IMG/VR virus record: IMGVR_UViG_2651870323_000004
Length of the DNA: 64,000 nt
Strand: one strand, 5' to 3'
Source of the DNA: an uncultured virus (IMG/VR IMGVR_UViG_2651870323_000004)
Lineage: Duplodnaviria > Heunggongvirae > Uroviricota > Caudoviricetes
Shown: in pieces, positions 8,636 to 18,309 of the stretch
Position numbering within the stretch: the first letter of the stretch is position 1
Layout of the letters: every line of letters begins with the position of its first letter
Notes under the pieces: generated by a model
Seen by the model: only the letters and a program-made list of their open reading frames with translations
The model's database searches: none
What the model was told of the DNA's origin: nothing
Program-made: the position numbers and the translations under genes

Positions 8636-9534
8636 CGGAAGGCCAATTCTCCCTGGTGCCTATCGAGGTGATTCTGGACAAGCGGCTGACGTTGGAGCAG
8701 ACGCGTGTGCTGATCGCGCTCTTTTCGTTCCGGAACAAGGTCACGGACACCGTGTGGCCTTCCCGCGCGAAGATTTCCGAGCGCACCGGCATGCACCCAT
8801 CGAACATCAGCGCCGCCACCACCGCGCTGGTGGGGCTCGGCTGGCTGAAAAAGGTAGGCAGCGGTGGGCACTCGAAGGCCAGCCGCTACACCTTGTGCAG
8901 CCCTGAAGAAACCGTAGCCGAACAGGCTACGGTAGCCCATCCGGCTACGGTAGCCGAAGAAGCTACGGTAGCCCAATCGGCTACGGTAGCCGATCCGGCT
9001 ACCCCACCCGTAGCCCAATCGGCTACCCCCCCCGTAGCCGATGCGGCTAGGGGCAAAGAACAGACCATTGAACAGACCAATGAACTGACCATCTTGCAGC
9101 CGGCTGCGCCGACCGCGCCGAAGGTCAAGGCCGAGCCGGTGGACGAGAAGGAAACCGCTCTGCAGGCTGCATGCCGGCAGACCTGGGCGGCGTACAGCGA
9201 GGCCTACCAGCGACGCTACAAGACCAAGCCCGTGCGCAATCAGGCGGTGAACGCCAAGGTGAAGCAGTTCGTGCAGCGCATCGGGCATGACGAATCACCG
9301 GCCGTGGCTGCCTTCTTCGTGGACGCCGTGAACGAGGCATTTGTCGTGCGCCTGGTCCACGACTTCGGCCAGCTCCTGACACGCGCCGAGGGCTACCGCA
9401 CCCAGTGGTTCAACGGTGCGGCGATCACCAGCACCCGCGCCAAGCAGGTGGACCAATCCCAAGCCAACTACGACACGGCCGGTGAGGCCATGACGATCCT
9501 GCGGCAACGCCGCGCGGAGGCGAACGCATGCTGA
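8632..9534 (+). CDS. Replication initiator (lambda O-like, N-terminal HTH)
   Basis: VWPSRAKISERTG..LVGLGWL HTH; internal iteron array. Confidence 0.85.
   Translation: MTEGQFSLVPIEVILDKRLTLEQTRVLIALFSFRNKVTDTVWPSRAKISERTGMHPSNISAATTALVGLGWLKKVGSGGHSKASRYTLCSPEETVAEQATVAHPATVAEEATVAQSATVADPATPPVAQSATPPVADAARGKEQTIEQTNELTILQPAAPTAPKVKAEPVDEKETALQAACRQTWAAYSEAYQRRYKTKPVRNQAVNAKVKQFVQRIGHDESPAVAAFFVDAVNEAFVVRLVHDFGQLLTRAEGYRTQWFNGAAITSTRAKQVDQSQANYDTAGEAMTILRQRRAEANAC
8914..9049. repeat. Replication origin iterons within the initiator gene
   Basis: Tandem GTAGCC-N5-GGCTAC units at an 18-bp period (24 bp for the later ones), followed by A-rich GAACAGACCA repeats. Confidence 0.8.
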
Positions 9535-10319
9535 ACGAGAACGACATGGAATGGCTGCTGGAGCAGCTGGTGGGCACTGCCGAATTGCTCGGCTTCCCCA
9601 TAACGCCCCCTGCGGCGGCGATGCTGGCCGATGACCTGAGCAGCTATCCGAAGGAGGTGCTGGGCCGGGCGCTGTCCCGCCTGCGGAACGAGCACACCGG
9701 CCGCCTCACGCCGAAGTCGATCCTGGACCGCATCGATGAGGTTATGGGCCGGCCGGCTGCGAACGAGGCTTGGGCCCTGGCGGTCGAGGCGATGGACGAG
9801 CGGGCCACAGTTGTGTGGACCAACGAAATGTCGGATGCGTGGCTGGTGGCGAAGTCTCTCGCCGCCGAAGGCGACATGGTGGGCGCCCGCATGGCCTTCA
9901 TCGCGGCCTACGAGCGGCTGGTGCGGATTGCCCGCGACAGCCGCACCCCACCGGAGGTAAGCGTATCCCTGGGCTGGGACAAGGACGGCCGCGAGGTGGC
10001 GCTGGACAAGGCGGTGCAGCTGGGCCGGATCAGCGCGGAGGCCGCGGACAAGCACCGCGTGCTGAAGCTCGCGGCGCCCGCCATCGATGCCGTGGCGCTG
10101 CTGGAGGGCAAGGCGGTGGATTTTCCGGGCGCGCCGCCGAATGTGCGCGCCCGCCTGGCTGAACTGCGTGCAACCCTGGCCGACCGCCGGCGCGCGGACG
10201 AGGAAGCCCGCGATCGCGCAGTCCGGGAAGAACACCGCGCTCTGCAGGAGAGGAAGGCCGAGATTCAGCGCCAGGTGAACGAGCACTTGGCGGCCCAGCA
10301 GGCAGGAGGTGCAGCGTGA
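9528..10319 (+). CDS. Replication-associated protein (helicase-loader position)
   Basis: Coupled to the initiator; RPAANEAWA and ARMAFIAAYERLV motifs. Confidence 0.6.
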   Translation: MLNENDMEWLLEQLVGTAELLGFPITPPAAAMLADDLSSYPKEVLGRALSRLRNEHTGRLTPKSILDRIDEVMGRPAANEAWALAVEAMDERATVVWTNEMSDAWLVAKSLAAEGDMVGARMAFIAAYERLVRIARDSRTPPEVSVSLGWDKDGREVALDKAVQLGRISAEAADKHRVLKLAAPAIDAVALLEGKAVDFPGAPPNVRARLAELRATLADRRRADEEARDRAVREEHRALQERKAEIQRQVNEHLAAQQAGGAA

Positions 10320-10555
10320 CCCAGCAACCCGACGTCGGGCCGTCGCCTCGGCAACTGGAGGTGCTTGCCTTCATGCGCAAGTTCTTCACGGAGAACGACC
10401 AGCTCCCGCCCGTGGCGTTCGTCGCCAAGGAGTTCGGCTGGAAATCCTCTAACGCGGCGGACACCCACGTCGCCGCACTCATTCGCCACGGCCTGCTCGA
10501 GCGCAACGCCGTGGGGAAGCTGCGCTTCGTGCGCAAGGAGGTTGCTCATGGCTGA
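10316..10555 (+). CDS. LexA-like DNA-binding-domain protein
   Basis: SPRQLEVLAFMRKF..PPVAFVAKEFGWKSSNAADTHVAALIRHG. Confidence 0.8.
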   Translation: MTQQPDVGPSPRQLEVLAFMRKFFTENDQLPPVAFVAKEFGWKSSNAADTHVAALIRHGLLERNAVGKLRFVRKEVAHG

Positions 10556-10805
10556 GCAGTACGAGATCCGCAGCATCAACGACCTGCTGCAGTTTGATGA
10601 CGAACAGTTCGCCCGGCTGCTGCCGGATCTGGTGGTTTGGCGCATTTATGCGCGGTGCGCTGTTCAAGAGGGTGCGCAGTCTATCGGCTTCACCTGGGTG
10701 GACGATGGAGCAGTAGGCGAGTGCACGCAGGTGAAGCTGCAGATCAAGGAAACGGGCGAGTGGGTCACTGTGGACGTGGCCCAAAAGGAGGCGAGCCATG
10801 GCTGA
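10548..10805 (+). CDS. Phage hypothetical protein
   Basis: MAEQYEIRSINDLL with SD AAGGAGG. Confidence 0.7.
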   Translation: MAEQYEIRSINDLLQFDDEQFARLLPDLVVWRIYARCAVQEGAQSIGFTWVDDGAVGECTQVKLQIKETGEWVTVDVAQKEASHG

Positions 10806-10847
10806 AGTGCTCGCCCTGGCTGCGAACTCGCGCGAGAGGGGGCATGC

Positions 10848-11987
10848 ATGACTACGAAGAAGGCCCGCACGCAGTTGCTGCAGGCGCTGACGGCTGCCGG
10901 GGGCTCCGCCCGCGAGAGCGAGCTGCGCGCCGCGACGGGCTGGGACGCTGAGCGCCTGGCCATCGTGTTGGAAGACGCGCGCGAGCGCCTGCTGGCCCGG
11001 CCGGTCGCCACGAAGCCCCAGAAGGACACCGCATGGGTGGCCGTGGACGTGCTGATCGCACGGTGCCCCTGGAAGCCTGCCCGAATCCTCAAGGCCCTTA
11101 CCGGCCAGGAGATGAGCACCCGCGAGCTGGCGGAGCTGGCACAGTCCCCAGAGCTGGCAATGGGGCTGGTGCTGCGCAGGATGGCGCGGGCCCAGCGGAT
11201 CAAGCTGGCGGCGTTCAATGGACATCGGAAGTGGGTGCCCTTCGGCCGCTACATCGCGCCCGGGGGCTCGCGGCCCGAGCCCTACGACGGTGATCTGCTC
11301 GCGTTGATCGCCCAGCACCAGCCCATGCGGCTGGAGCACCTGGCGGAGCTGACGGGGCGCGGCCGCGTGTACACCCGGCAGCGCGTGCACAAGCTGCGCC
11401 GCGCGGGCAAGGTCAACATCCGCGGCGTGGACGGCAGCTGGCGCTACGTGCTGCCGGACTACGTGCGCACGCCCGCCGACATCGAGCAGGAAATCCTGCT
11501 GCGGTGCGAGCCAGTGGGATGCGACTGCCTGCGCTGGAGCGGCGCGCGCAGCCCGCAGGGCCACCCCCTGACGCGCCACGACGGCAACGTCAAACGCGTG
11601 GACATCGTGCTGTGGACGGCCGTGCACGGGAAAGAGCTGAAGAAAGGCCACACGCTCACCGGGACGTGCGAGACGCCGGGCTGCTGCAACCATGAGCACC
11701 ACAAGCAGGTGACGCGCGGCGCTGCGATGCGCAAGGCCTTCGCCTCCATCGGCTTCGGCGGCGAAAAGCATGGCCGGCTGGTGTCGGCCGCCATCCGGCA
11801 CAAGGTCGGGTCGCTGTCCCCCGAGCAGGTGGAGCTGATCCGCACCAGCCCCCTCACGGGTGCCGAGCTGGCGCGCCAGTTGGGGAAGACCAAATCGGTG
11901 GTGCAGGACGCCCGCGCCGGCCGGAGCTATCGCGACTACGTGGTGGCGAGCCCGTTCGCGGGGCTGGGCGGGAGGTCGGCATGCTGA
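10848..11987 (+). CDS. Multi-wHTH protein with degenerate His-Me (HNH) Zn-loop
   Basis: CLRWSGARSPQGHP..CETPGCCNHEH; several HTH-like segments. Confidence 0.6.
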   Translation: MTTKKARTQLLQALTAAGGSARESELRAATGWDAERLAIVLEDARERLLARPVATKPQKDTAWVAVDVLIARCPWKPARILKALTGQEMSTRELAELAQSPELAMGLVLRRMARAQRIKLAAFNGHRKWVPFGRYIAPGGSRPEPYDGDLLALIAQHQPMRLEHLAELTGRGRVYTRQRVHKLRRAGKVNIRGVDGSWRYVLPDYVRTPADIEQEILLRCEPVGCDCLRWSGARSPQGHPLTRHDGNVKRVDIVLWTAVHGKELKKGHTLTGTCETPGCCNHEHHKQVTRGAAMRKAFASIGFGGEKHGRLVSAAIRHKVGSLSPEQVELIRTSPLTGAELARQLGKTKSVVQDARAGRSYRDYVVASPFAGLGGRSAC

Positions 11988-12153
11988 AGCGACCGAAGCC
12001 CCTGATCCGCTTCGTGGGCGGCCGGTGGATATGCGTGGAGCGTGGGTTGTTCGCCTTGTCCATCACCGGCTGCGGTGCAACGCCCAGCGCAGCCCTGCGA
12101 GACATGAAGGCGCGTCAGAACGAAGCGCTGGCGCTCTTCTGCGGGAGGGCCCC

Positions 12154-12597
12154 ATGTCGCTGATCCTTGGAATGGATCCGGGGGCTCACACGGGCGTTGC
12201 CACCTACGTGGACGGCGAGCTGACCCGCCTGGAGACGATTCCGCCGCATCACATCGAGCGGACCATCCGCGACCGCATGCCGGACCGGGTTGTCTTCGAG
12301 GACTCCCGGCTGCAGAGCCACGTCTGGACGCGCGCCAAGAGCGCGGCGGCGAGCGCCAAGATGGCCCGCAACGTGGGCACCGTTGACGCGTGGTGCGGCC
12401 TCATCACCGAAGTGTGCGGCGAGTTGGGCATACCCGCCCACAGCATCAGCCCCGCCGGGAAGGGCGGCAAGCTGAACGCGGATGCGTTCGCGCGCATCAC
12501 CGGGTGGGCGGGCCCATCGAACGAGCACAGCCGCGATGCCGGCATGGTCGCATGGCCCTACCGCCGCGCCGCCGACCTGCGCAAGGGAGGCCGGTGA
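12154..12597 (+). CDS. RuvC-like Holliday junction resolvase
   Basis: ILGMDPGAHTG, VVFED, NEHSRDA acidic motifs. Confidence 0.75.
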   Translation: MSLILGMDPGAHTGVATYVDGELTRLETIPPHHIERTIRDRMPDRVVFEDSRLQSHVWTRAKSAAASAKMARNVGTVDAWCGLITEVCGELGIPAHSISPAGKGGKLNADAFARITGWAGPSNEHSRDAGMVAWPYRRAADLRKGGR

Positions 12598-12809
12598 TGC
12601 ACTGCTGCCTGTGCGGGCGGCCCATGGCCCGGCCCACGCTGTTCATCGGCCTGATGCCCGTCGGCCCGCATTGCGCGCGCCGCGCGGGGCTCATGGACAA
12701 GGCCCGGAAGGGTGCTGGGGCTTTGCGGCTTGCCGGCGCCTCCGCTGTTCCATCCCCGGTTGCCGATCGGCGGACCCGGGATCTTTTCGAGGAGGGCGCG
12801 CATGCCTGA
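12597..12809 (+). CDS. Small Cys-rich phage protein
   Basis: MHCCLCGRPM..GPHCAR; TGATG coupling. Confidence 0.6.
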   Translation: MHCCLCGRPMARPTLFIGLMPVGPHCARRAGLMDKARKGAGALRLAGASAVPSPVADRRTRDLFEEGAHA

Positions 12810-13308
12810 CATCCAGTTCCGTGCCACTTGGCACAACGCCGAGCAGGGCGCCCGCAACTGCAAGGCCTCTTTCCTGCCCTGGGCGGGCGAGCAGCTGCGC
12901 GCCGGCCGCCGCCTGGTGATCGAGGCCCGGCTGTACGAGGACGACAAGACCGACCGGCAGCGCCGCTACCTGCACGGCGTGGTGCTGCAGAGCATCGCCC
13001 GGCAGGCCATGCCGGGCGGGCAGCGCTTCCCCTTGGCCGTCTGGAAGGAGCACATCCGCCGCGAGTTCCTGGGCCACAAGACCGTGACCACCATCAACCC
13101 GGTGACGGGGCGGAAGTCGCGGCGCCGGCAGCGGGTGAGCACCGAAGACCTGGGCGTGCGGGCGTACAGCGAATACATCGACCGCGTGAGCGCCTGGGCG
13201 GCGACAGAGCTGGGCGTCATCTTCCCAGCGACGTTCGACCAGTGGGAGCAGATGAACGTCGATCCGGACACCGGAGAAATCTTGGGAGGTATGACGAATG
13301 GTGCGTGA
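12802..13308 (+). CDS. NinB/YbcN-like protein
   Basis: KTDRQRRYLHG, WKEH, STEDLGVRAYSEYIDRVSAWA. Confidence 0.75.
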   Translation: MPDIQFRATWHNAEQGARNCKASFLPWAGEQLRAGRRLVIEARLYEDDKTDRQRRYLHGVVLQSIARQAMPGGQRFPLAVWKEHIRREFLGHKTVTTINPVTGRKSRRRQRVSTEDLGVRAYSEYIDRVSAWAATELGVIFPATFDQWEQMNVDPDTGEILGGMTNGA

Positions 13309-13762
13309 ATTCGATCGCTGGCTGTTGGCGCAGCACCAGCACGTCGTGGACTGGGTGCAGCGCAGCCCCGGATGGCTCTCCGAGCAGTGCGCGCTCATGA
13401 TGGCCGTGCTGACGCTGGTTGGCGCTGCGCTGGAGCAGGATTGGGGAGCTGTGGGCCTGGCGCTGGTCGGGCTCTCTCTGGGCTGCATCGTGGTCCTGTT
13501 CCTCGTGGCGCGCGAACCCGTAGTGCTCGCCGCCATGGGGGCCAGGAGCGGCCTGCGTTGGGGGCTTCTGGCCTTGCTGCTGGTCCGCCTGACGTTGCTG
13601 GTGCTGCTACTCGCATCTGGCTTGGAGGTCCGGCGGTACATGCTGTTCAGCGTCGTCAGCGGCGTGGGGCTGGTGGCCTACGTCTACTTCGCGGCGTGCC
13701 GTCCCCCGCGGCCACGGTTGCCTCGGCAGCGCATCGCGGCCGCCTCGGGGGCTGCTCGATGA
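13298..13762 (+). CDS. Four-helix membrane protein
   Basis: Four hydrophobic segments; SD GGAGG. Confidence 0.65.
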   Translation: MVREFDRWLLAQHQHVVDWVQRSPGWLSEQCALMMAVLTLVGAALEQDWGAVGLALVGLSLGCIVVLFLVAREPVVLAAMGARSGLRWGLLALLLVRLTLLVLLLASGLEVRRYMLFSVVSGVGLVAYVYFAACRPPRPRLPRQRIAAASGAAR

Positions 13763-14022
13763 CCGACACGGAGCTGACCTTCACAACCGCGCTGGCCCGC
13801 GTCAAGTTCCCGCCGCGCTGCAGCTGCTTGAAGTTCGTGGATTCGATGGTCTGGTTCTCCCAGACGCGGCGCGGCAAGCAGCTCACGCCCGCCCAGTCGA
13901 AGTACCTGGCCAGCTGCGTCATCCGCTTCCAGCGGCAGATCAACGCCAACCTGGTGGAGCGCGCGCGAAAGGAGCTGGAACGGCTCAAGGCGGCAGAGCA
14001 GGGCGGCGGAGGTGCAGCGTGA
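13759..14022 (+). CDS. Phage hypothetical protein
   Basis: MTDTELTF..; ATGA coupling. Confidence 0.6.
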   Translation: MTDTELTFTTALARVKFPPRCSCLKFVDSMVWFSQTRRGKQLTPAQSKYLASCVIRFQRQINANLVERARKELERLKAAEQGGGGAA

Positions 14023-14513
14023 TGCGCCGCACTGGGTTTCGCCGCGCGCCCCGGCCGGCCGCTCCGGCACCTGATCGCGAGGTGCGCCTGGCCGCCCGCG
14101 CTGCGCGCGCCATGGCGGAGGTGACGCCACGGGCGGCGGTGCACGCGCCGTGTGGTTCGCCAGCGCTCGCGGTGCCCAAGACTGTGTTCGTGCGCAGCCG
14201 CCTCTACCGGCACCTGGTGGCCCAGCTGCCCTGCAAGTTCTGTGGCGTGCCCGGGCTGAGCCAGTGTGCGCACGCGAACACGGGCAAGGGCGCATCGCTC
14301 AAGGTGTGCGACCTCGAGAGCTTCCCTCTCTGCATGGACCGGCCCGGCGTGCGCGGTTGCCATGCGCTGTTCGATCAGGGGGCTTTGTTCACGAAGCTGG
14401 CTCGCCGTGAGATCGAACGCGCCTGGGTAGCGGACACCCAACGGCAGATTTGGGCGCTGGGGCTTTGGCCGAAGTCCCTGCGGACGCCTGTTTTCGTGGA
14501 CCTTCCTTCCTGA
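14022..14513 (+). CDS. DUF968/DUF1364-like Zn-finger HNH-type nuclease
   Basis: LPCKFCG, CAHAN, FPLC..CHALFD. Confidence 0.7.
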   Translation: MRRTGFRRAPRPAAPAPDREVRLAARAARAMAEVTPRAAVHAPCGSPALAVPKTVFVRSRLYRHLVAQLPCKFCGVPGLSQCAHANTGKGASLKVCDLESFPLCMDRPGVRGCHALFDQGALFTKLARREIERAWVADTQRQIWALGLWPKSLRTPVFVDLPS

Positions 14514-14830
14514 TGACGATGAATGACCCCATGGATTGGCTGGCGGCCCAGATTGGTGCCCGCCAGGAACCCCCGCGTCCGCAGCACACGAACCCTCGGC
14601 CGGCCGGCGTGATCCGTCCGGGCAGCGGGACGGACGTGCTGCTGCGCTTCCTCCGCCTGCATCCCCTCCGCTGGTTCTTTCACGTCGAACTGGTGCTGGC
14701 CCTGGGCCGCTCCAAGGGAGAGGTGGATTGGGCCCTGCAGTACCTGGCGGGGCAGGGCTTCATCCTGGCCGAGACGGCCGAACTGCCCGGGCGCAAGCCT
14801 GTGGCGCGCTACAAGTTGAAAGGAAATTGA
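14513..14830 (+). CDS. Small winged-HTH protein
   Basis: ELVLALGRSKGEVDWALQYLAGQGFI. Confidence 0.65.
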   Translation: MTMNDPMDWLAAQIGARQEPPRPQHTNPRPAGVIRPGSGTDVLLRFLRLHPLRWFFHVELVLALGRSKGEVDWALQYLAGQGFILAETAELPGRKPVARYKLKGN

Positions 14831-14833
14831 GCG

Positions 14834-15436
14834 ATGGCACAGAGATTCGGCCGCAACCAGCGGCGCCGGGCCCGAGAGGCCCTGCAGGCGGCGCAGCAGC
14901 TGGCGGAAACCCGCCTTGAAGCGGCGCGCGGCCAGGCCAGCCGCGCCGAAAAGATGCGGCAGGAGGTGCACGCCCTCGAGGACGTGCTGGACGAGGCGCG
15001 CGAGATGCTGGGCACCTCCATCGCCCTGCCGCCGAAACATGCGGGCCGGCATCCCTTCGGCCGAGCTGGCGGTGACTTCGAGGCCGTGCCGCGGCCGGGG
15101 CCGCAGATGCGGATGGATGTGGACGACATCACAGCGAACGTCGCCAAGGAAGACGCTACGCTGAAGGTCCAACGCATGTGCACGCTGCTGGTGGACCTCG
15201 AGAGCCGCCCGCCCGGCTCGCGAGACCTCGATTCCCAGATTCACATGCGTGTGACGCTGGACGGCGGGGATGTGGTTTACGCCATTTCCGAAGACGCCCT
15301 CTACCGCGCGCCAACCGATTGGCTGGAAAGGCGGCTGGGAATGGAGATCGCCCGGCAGTTAGCGCAGGTGCTCGCGCGAGTACGGCGGCAGGAGGGCGCG
15401 AAAAAGCCCGCACAGGCGGGCTGGTATAGGGCGTAG
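14834..15436 (+). CDS. Phage hypothetical protein
   Basis: MAQRFGRNQRRRARE.., SD AAGGA. Confidence 0.7.
   Translation: MAQRFGRNQRRRAREALQAAQQLAETRLEAARGQASRAEKMRQEVHALEDVLDEAREMLGTSIALPPKHAGRHPFGRAGGDFEAVPRPGPQMRMDVDDITANVAKEDATLKVQRMCTLLVDLESRPPGSRDLDSQIHMRVTLDGGDVVYAISEDALYRAPTDWLERRLGMEIARQLAQVLARVRRQEGAKKPAQAGWYRA
15401..15422 (-). terminator. Intrinsic terminator for the minus-strand moron
   Basis: Minus strand reads AGCCCGCCTGTGCGGGCTTTTT. Confidence 0.7.
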
Positions 15437-15494
15437 GCGCGGTGCCAACCACTCCGTTCAAAAATAGTGAAGAAGATACCGCTGGCAAGACATT

Positions 15495-15800
15495 TCAAAT
15501 GAAGTTGCCGTGAATGCGTCGCGTGTAATTAAGAGCCACGTTGTAGGCTGCCGACTGCTGCGGGTTCAAGGCGCAGGTGTCCAAATTGACGTGGACAATC
15601 AGGCCGTCGCCGTCGCGTTCAGCTTGAAGGCCGCGGCGAGCGCACAGAGCAATGCACTGGTCCACCAAATTCTGGGTGACGCGCTGCTGGAGAGAACGGA
15701 GTTCAACATAGAAACGGCCGGTCTTAACACCGCTCTCGCCAGACATCCGATTGATGGTCGTATCAATGAAATCGTCAAGTTGGTGCATCGTAAGGCTCAT
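15495..15800 (-). CDS. AT-rich moron, hypothetical protein
   Basis: Antisense to the operon; own SD, AT-rich upstream region with TAGAAT, own terminator. Confidence 0.75.
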   Translation of the reverse strand: MSLTMHQLDDFIDTTINRMSGESGVKTGRFYVELRSLQQRVTQNLVDQCIALCARRGLQAERDGDGLIVHVNLDTCALNPQQSAAYNVALNYTRRIHGNFI

Positions 15801-15956
15801 GTTAGGTCATCCTTATATGGTTTAAAGGTTGGATAGTTGGTTTTGTGGATTCTACTGCACTTTTTTGGCTATAGGGAGTTTTTCTTTAGTCTCGGATGGG
15901 TTGGGGTTCCTTGCGCGACTGTCAGCGCCCGCGGTTGCCTTTTCGGCTCTGTCTCC

Positions 15957-15975
15957 GTGCCAAGCCTGACAGCTT
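15957..15975 (+). promoter_or_regulatory. Late-promoter motif copy 1
   Basis: GTGCCAAGCCTGACAGCTT, 6 nt before the terS ATG. Confidence 0.7.
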
Positions 15976-15981
15976 CGGCTC

Positions 15982-16650
15982 ATGAGCAATTCGAAGCCCG
16001 CGCCGGACTGGGAGCGCATCGAGCTGGACTACCGGGCCGGCATCAAGACCCTGCGCCAGATCGCGGAGGAGCACGGCATCACGCACGGCGCCATCAACAA
16101 GCGCGCGAAGCGGGACGGATGGGAGCGCGACCTGTCCGAGAAGATCCACGCCAAGGCGGACGCCCTGGTATCCAGGGCGGCGGTATCCACTCCGGTATCC
16201 GCGGATACCAGGATCAAAGAGCAGGCGGTGGTGGATGCCAACGCCCACGCCGTCGCCGACGTGCGGCTGGCGCACCGTCGCGACATCCACCGTGCGCGCC
16301 GGCTGACGAACGCGCTGCTGGATGAGCTGGAACGCCAGACCGACCCGGATACCCTGGTGCTGCTGGAGGAGCTGGGCGAGCTGCTGAAGAACCCGGACGA
16401 GAAGACCGGACGCGATCGCCTGAACGAGGTGTATCAGGCGGTGATCAGCCTGCCCGAGCGGTCCAAGACCATGAAGGTGCTGGCCGAGAGCCTGCAGAAG
16501 CTGGTGGACATGGAGCGCCAGGCCTTCGGGATGAACGACAAGGAAGCGGCGCCGGTCGATGGCCTGACCCGGATGCTGAAGGCGATCACCGGCAGCGGCG
16601 CGTCCGCCTTCCAGCCCGTGGCGCGCGATCCTGAGCACGACGAGGGCTGA
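15982..16650 (+). CDS. terS: Terminase small subunit
   Basis: PDWERIELDYRAGIKTLRQIAEEHGITHGAINKRAKRDGWER HTH; precedes terL. Confidence 0.85.
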   Translation: MSNSKPAPDWERIELDYRAGIKTLRQIAEEHGITHGAINKRAKRDGWERDLSEKIHAKADALVSRAAVSTPVSADTRIKEQAVVDANAHAVADVRLAHRRDIHRARRLTNALLDELERQTDPDTLVLLEELGELLKNPDEKTGRDRLNEVYQAVISLPERSKTMKVLAESLQKLVDMERQAFGMNDKEAAPVDGLTRMLKAITGSGASAFQPVARDPEHDEG

Positions 16651-16652
16651 CC

Positions 16653-18236
16653 GTGGCCCAGCGCAAGAGCATCCCGCACGACTTCGTGCCGGCAACGGAC
16701 GCCGAGCTGGCCGAATGCCTGGCCGATCCGCAGTGGCGCCTCTTCAGTGGAGTGCTCTACAAGATCATGGTGAAGGGTGACGGCGACGAGGACGCGGCCG
16801 TGCTGCCCTTCAAACCCAACCGGGCCCAGCGCCGGTTCATCGCCAGGCTGTGGCATCGCAACCTGATCCTGAAGGCCCGGCAGCTGGGGTTCACTACGCT
16901 GATTGCGATCATGTGGCTCGACCATGCCCTGTTCAACGATGACCAGCGGTGCGGGATTGTGGCGCAGGACCGGGAGGCGGCGGAGGCGATCTTCCGCGAC
17001 AAGGTGAAGTTCGCCTACCAGAACCTGCCGGAGGCGCTGCGCGAGCGGTTCCCCCTGGCGCGCGACAGTGCGAGCGAACTGCTTTTCGCCCACAACAACA
17101 GCAGCGTGCGCGTGGCAACCTCCCTGCGCGGCGGCACCATCCACCGGCTGCACGTCTCAGAGTTCGGCAAGATTTGCGCGAAGTACCCCGACAAGGCGCA
17201 GGAGGTGGTGACGGGCTCCATCCCCGCCGTGCCCACGAATGGCGTTCTGGTGATCGAGTCCACGGCGGAGGGGCGGGAGGGGCCCTTCTACGCGATGACC
17301 CAGCGCAGCCAGGGCATGCACCTGTCGAAGGCAGACCTGACGCCCAAGGACTACCGCTTCCACTTCTATGCGTGGTGGCAGGAACCGAAGTACCGGCTGC
17401 CCGTGGGCTCTGTGGACCTCACGGATGATGACCACGAATATTTCGACGAGATCGAAGGCGCCATGTCGTGCGTCATCGATGAGGAGCAGCGCACCTGGTA
17501 CGTGGCGACGCGGGACGCGGACTTCAGCGGTGCCGCGGAAAAGATGTGGCAGGAATACCCGTCCACGCCGGCGGAGGCCTTCCAGATCAGCACCGAGGGC
17601 CACTACTACGCCAAGGACATGGCGGCCGTGCGCAAGCGCGGCGGCATCCTGGCCGTGCCCGTGGCGGATTCCCCCGTCTACACCTTCTGGGACATCGGCA
17701 ACTCGGACGGCACGGCGATCTGGTTCATGCAGACGGTAGCCGGGCAAGACCGCTTCATCGACTACCTGGAAGGCCACGGGCTGGACCTGCGGGAGTACGT
17801 GCAGGTGCTACGGGAGAAGCCCTACATCTACGCCACGCACTTCCTGCCGCACGACGCCGCGGCGGAGCGCCTGAACAGCCGCGGCAACCAGTCCACCCGC
17901 GACATGCTCGAGGAGCTGCTGCCGAATGACGACTTCGAGGTGCTGCCCGTGATCCCCGACCTCATGACCGGGATCTACATGACCCGGAAGTGGATGAAGA
18001 CCGTGGTGCTGGATAAGGAGCGGTGCAAAAAGGGCATCAGCCGGCTGGAGGGATACAAGAAAAGGTTCAGCCGGGCGGACGGCAAGTACATCAACAAGCC
18101 GGACAAGTCGAACGGGTGCACTGAAGGGGCCGACGCCTTCCGCCAGTACGCCCAGGCGAAGGACGCTGGCTTGGTGGGCGCGGCCCACAGCAGGGCGGGG
18201 AAAGTCAAGCGGCGCGGGGGCGGGATGGCGCGCTGA
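16653..18236 (+). CDS. terL: Terminase large subunit
   Basis: ILKARQLGFTT Walker A, LHVSE Walker B, ESTAEG, WDIG nuclease Asp, EGADAFR. Confidence 0.93.
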   Translation: MAQRKSIPHDFVPATDAELAECLADPQWRLFSGVLYKIMVKGDGDEDAAVLPFKPNRAQRRFIARLWHRNLILKARQLGFTTLIAIMWLDHALFNDDQRCGIVAQDREAAEAIFRDKVKFAYQNLPEALRERFPLARDSASELLFAHNNSSVRVATSLRGGTIHRLHVSEFGKICAKYPDKAQEVVTGSIPAVPTNGVLVIESTAEGREGPFYAMTQRSQGMHLSKADLTPKDYRFHFYAWWQEPKYRLPVGSVDLTDDDHEYFDEIEGAMSCVIDEEQRTWYVATRDADFSGAAEKMWQEYPSTPAEAFQISTEGHYYAKDMAAVRKRGGILAVPVADSPVYTFWDIGNSDGTAIWFMQTVAGQDRFIDYLEGHGLDLREYVQVLREKPYIYATHFLPHDAAAERLNSRGNQSTRDMLEELLPNDDFEVLPVIPDLMTGIYMTRKWMKTVVLDKERCKKGISRLEGYKKRFSRADGKYINKPDKSNGCTEGADAFRQYAQAKDAGLVGAAHSRAGKVKRRGGGMAR

Positions 18237-18283
18237 GCTGGCTTCTGGCCGACCGCGAGGTGACCATTTCCCGGCCCGAGCCC

Positions 18284-18302
18284 GTACCAAGCCTGCCATC
18301 TT
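18284..18302 (+). promoter_or_regulatory. Late-promoter motif copy 2
   Basis: GTACCAAGCCTGCCATCTT, 7 nt before ATG 18310. Confidence 0.75.
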
Positions 18303-18309
18303 GCCGGCC

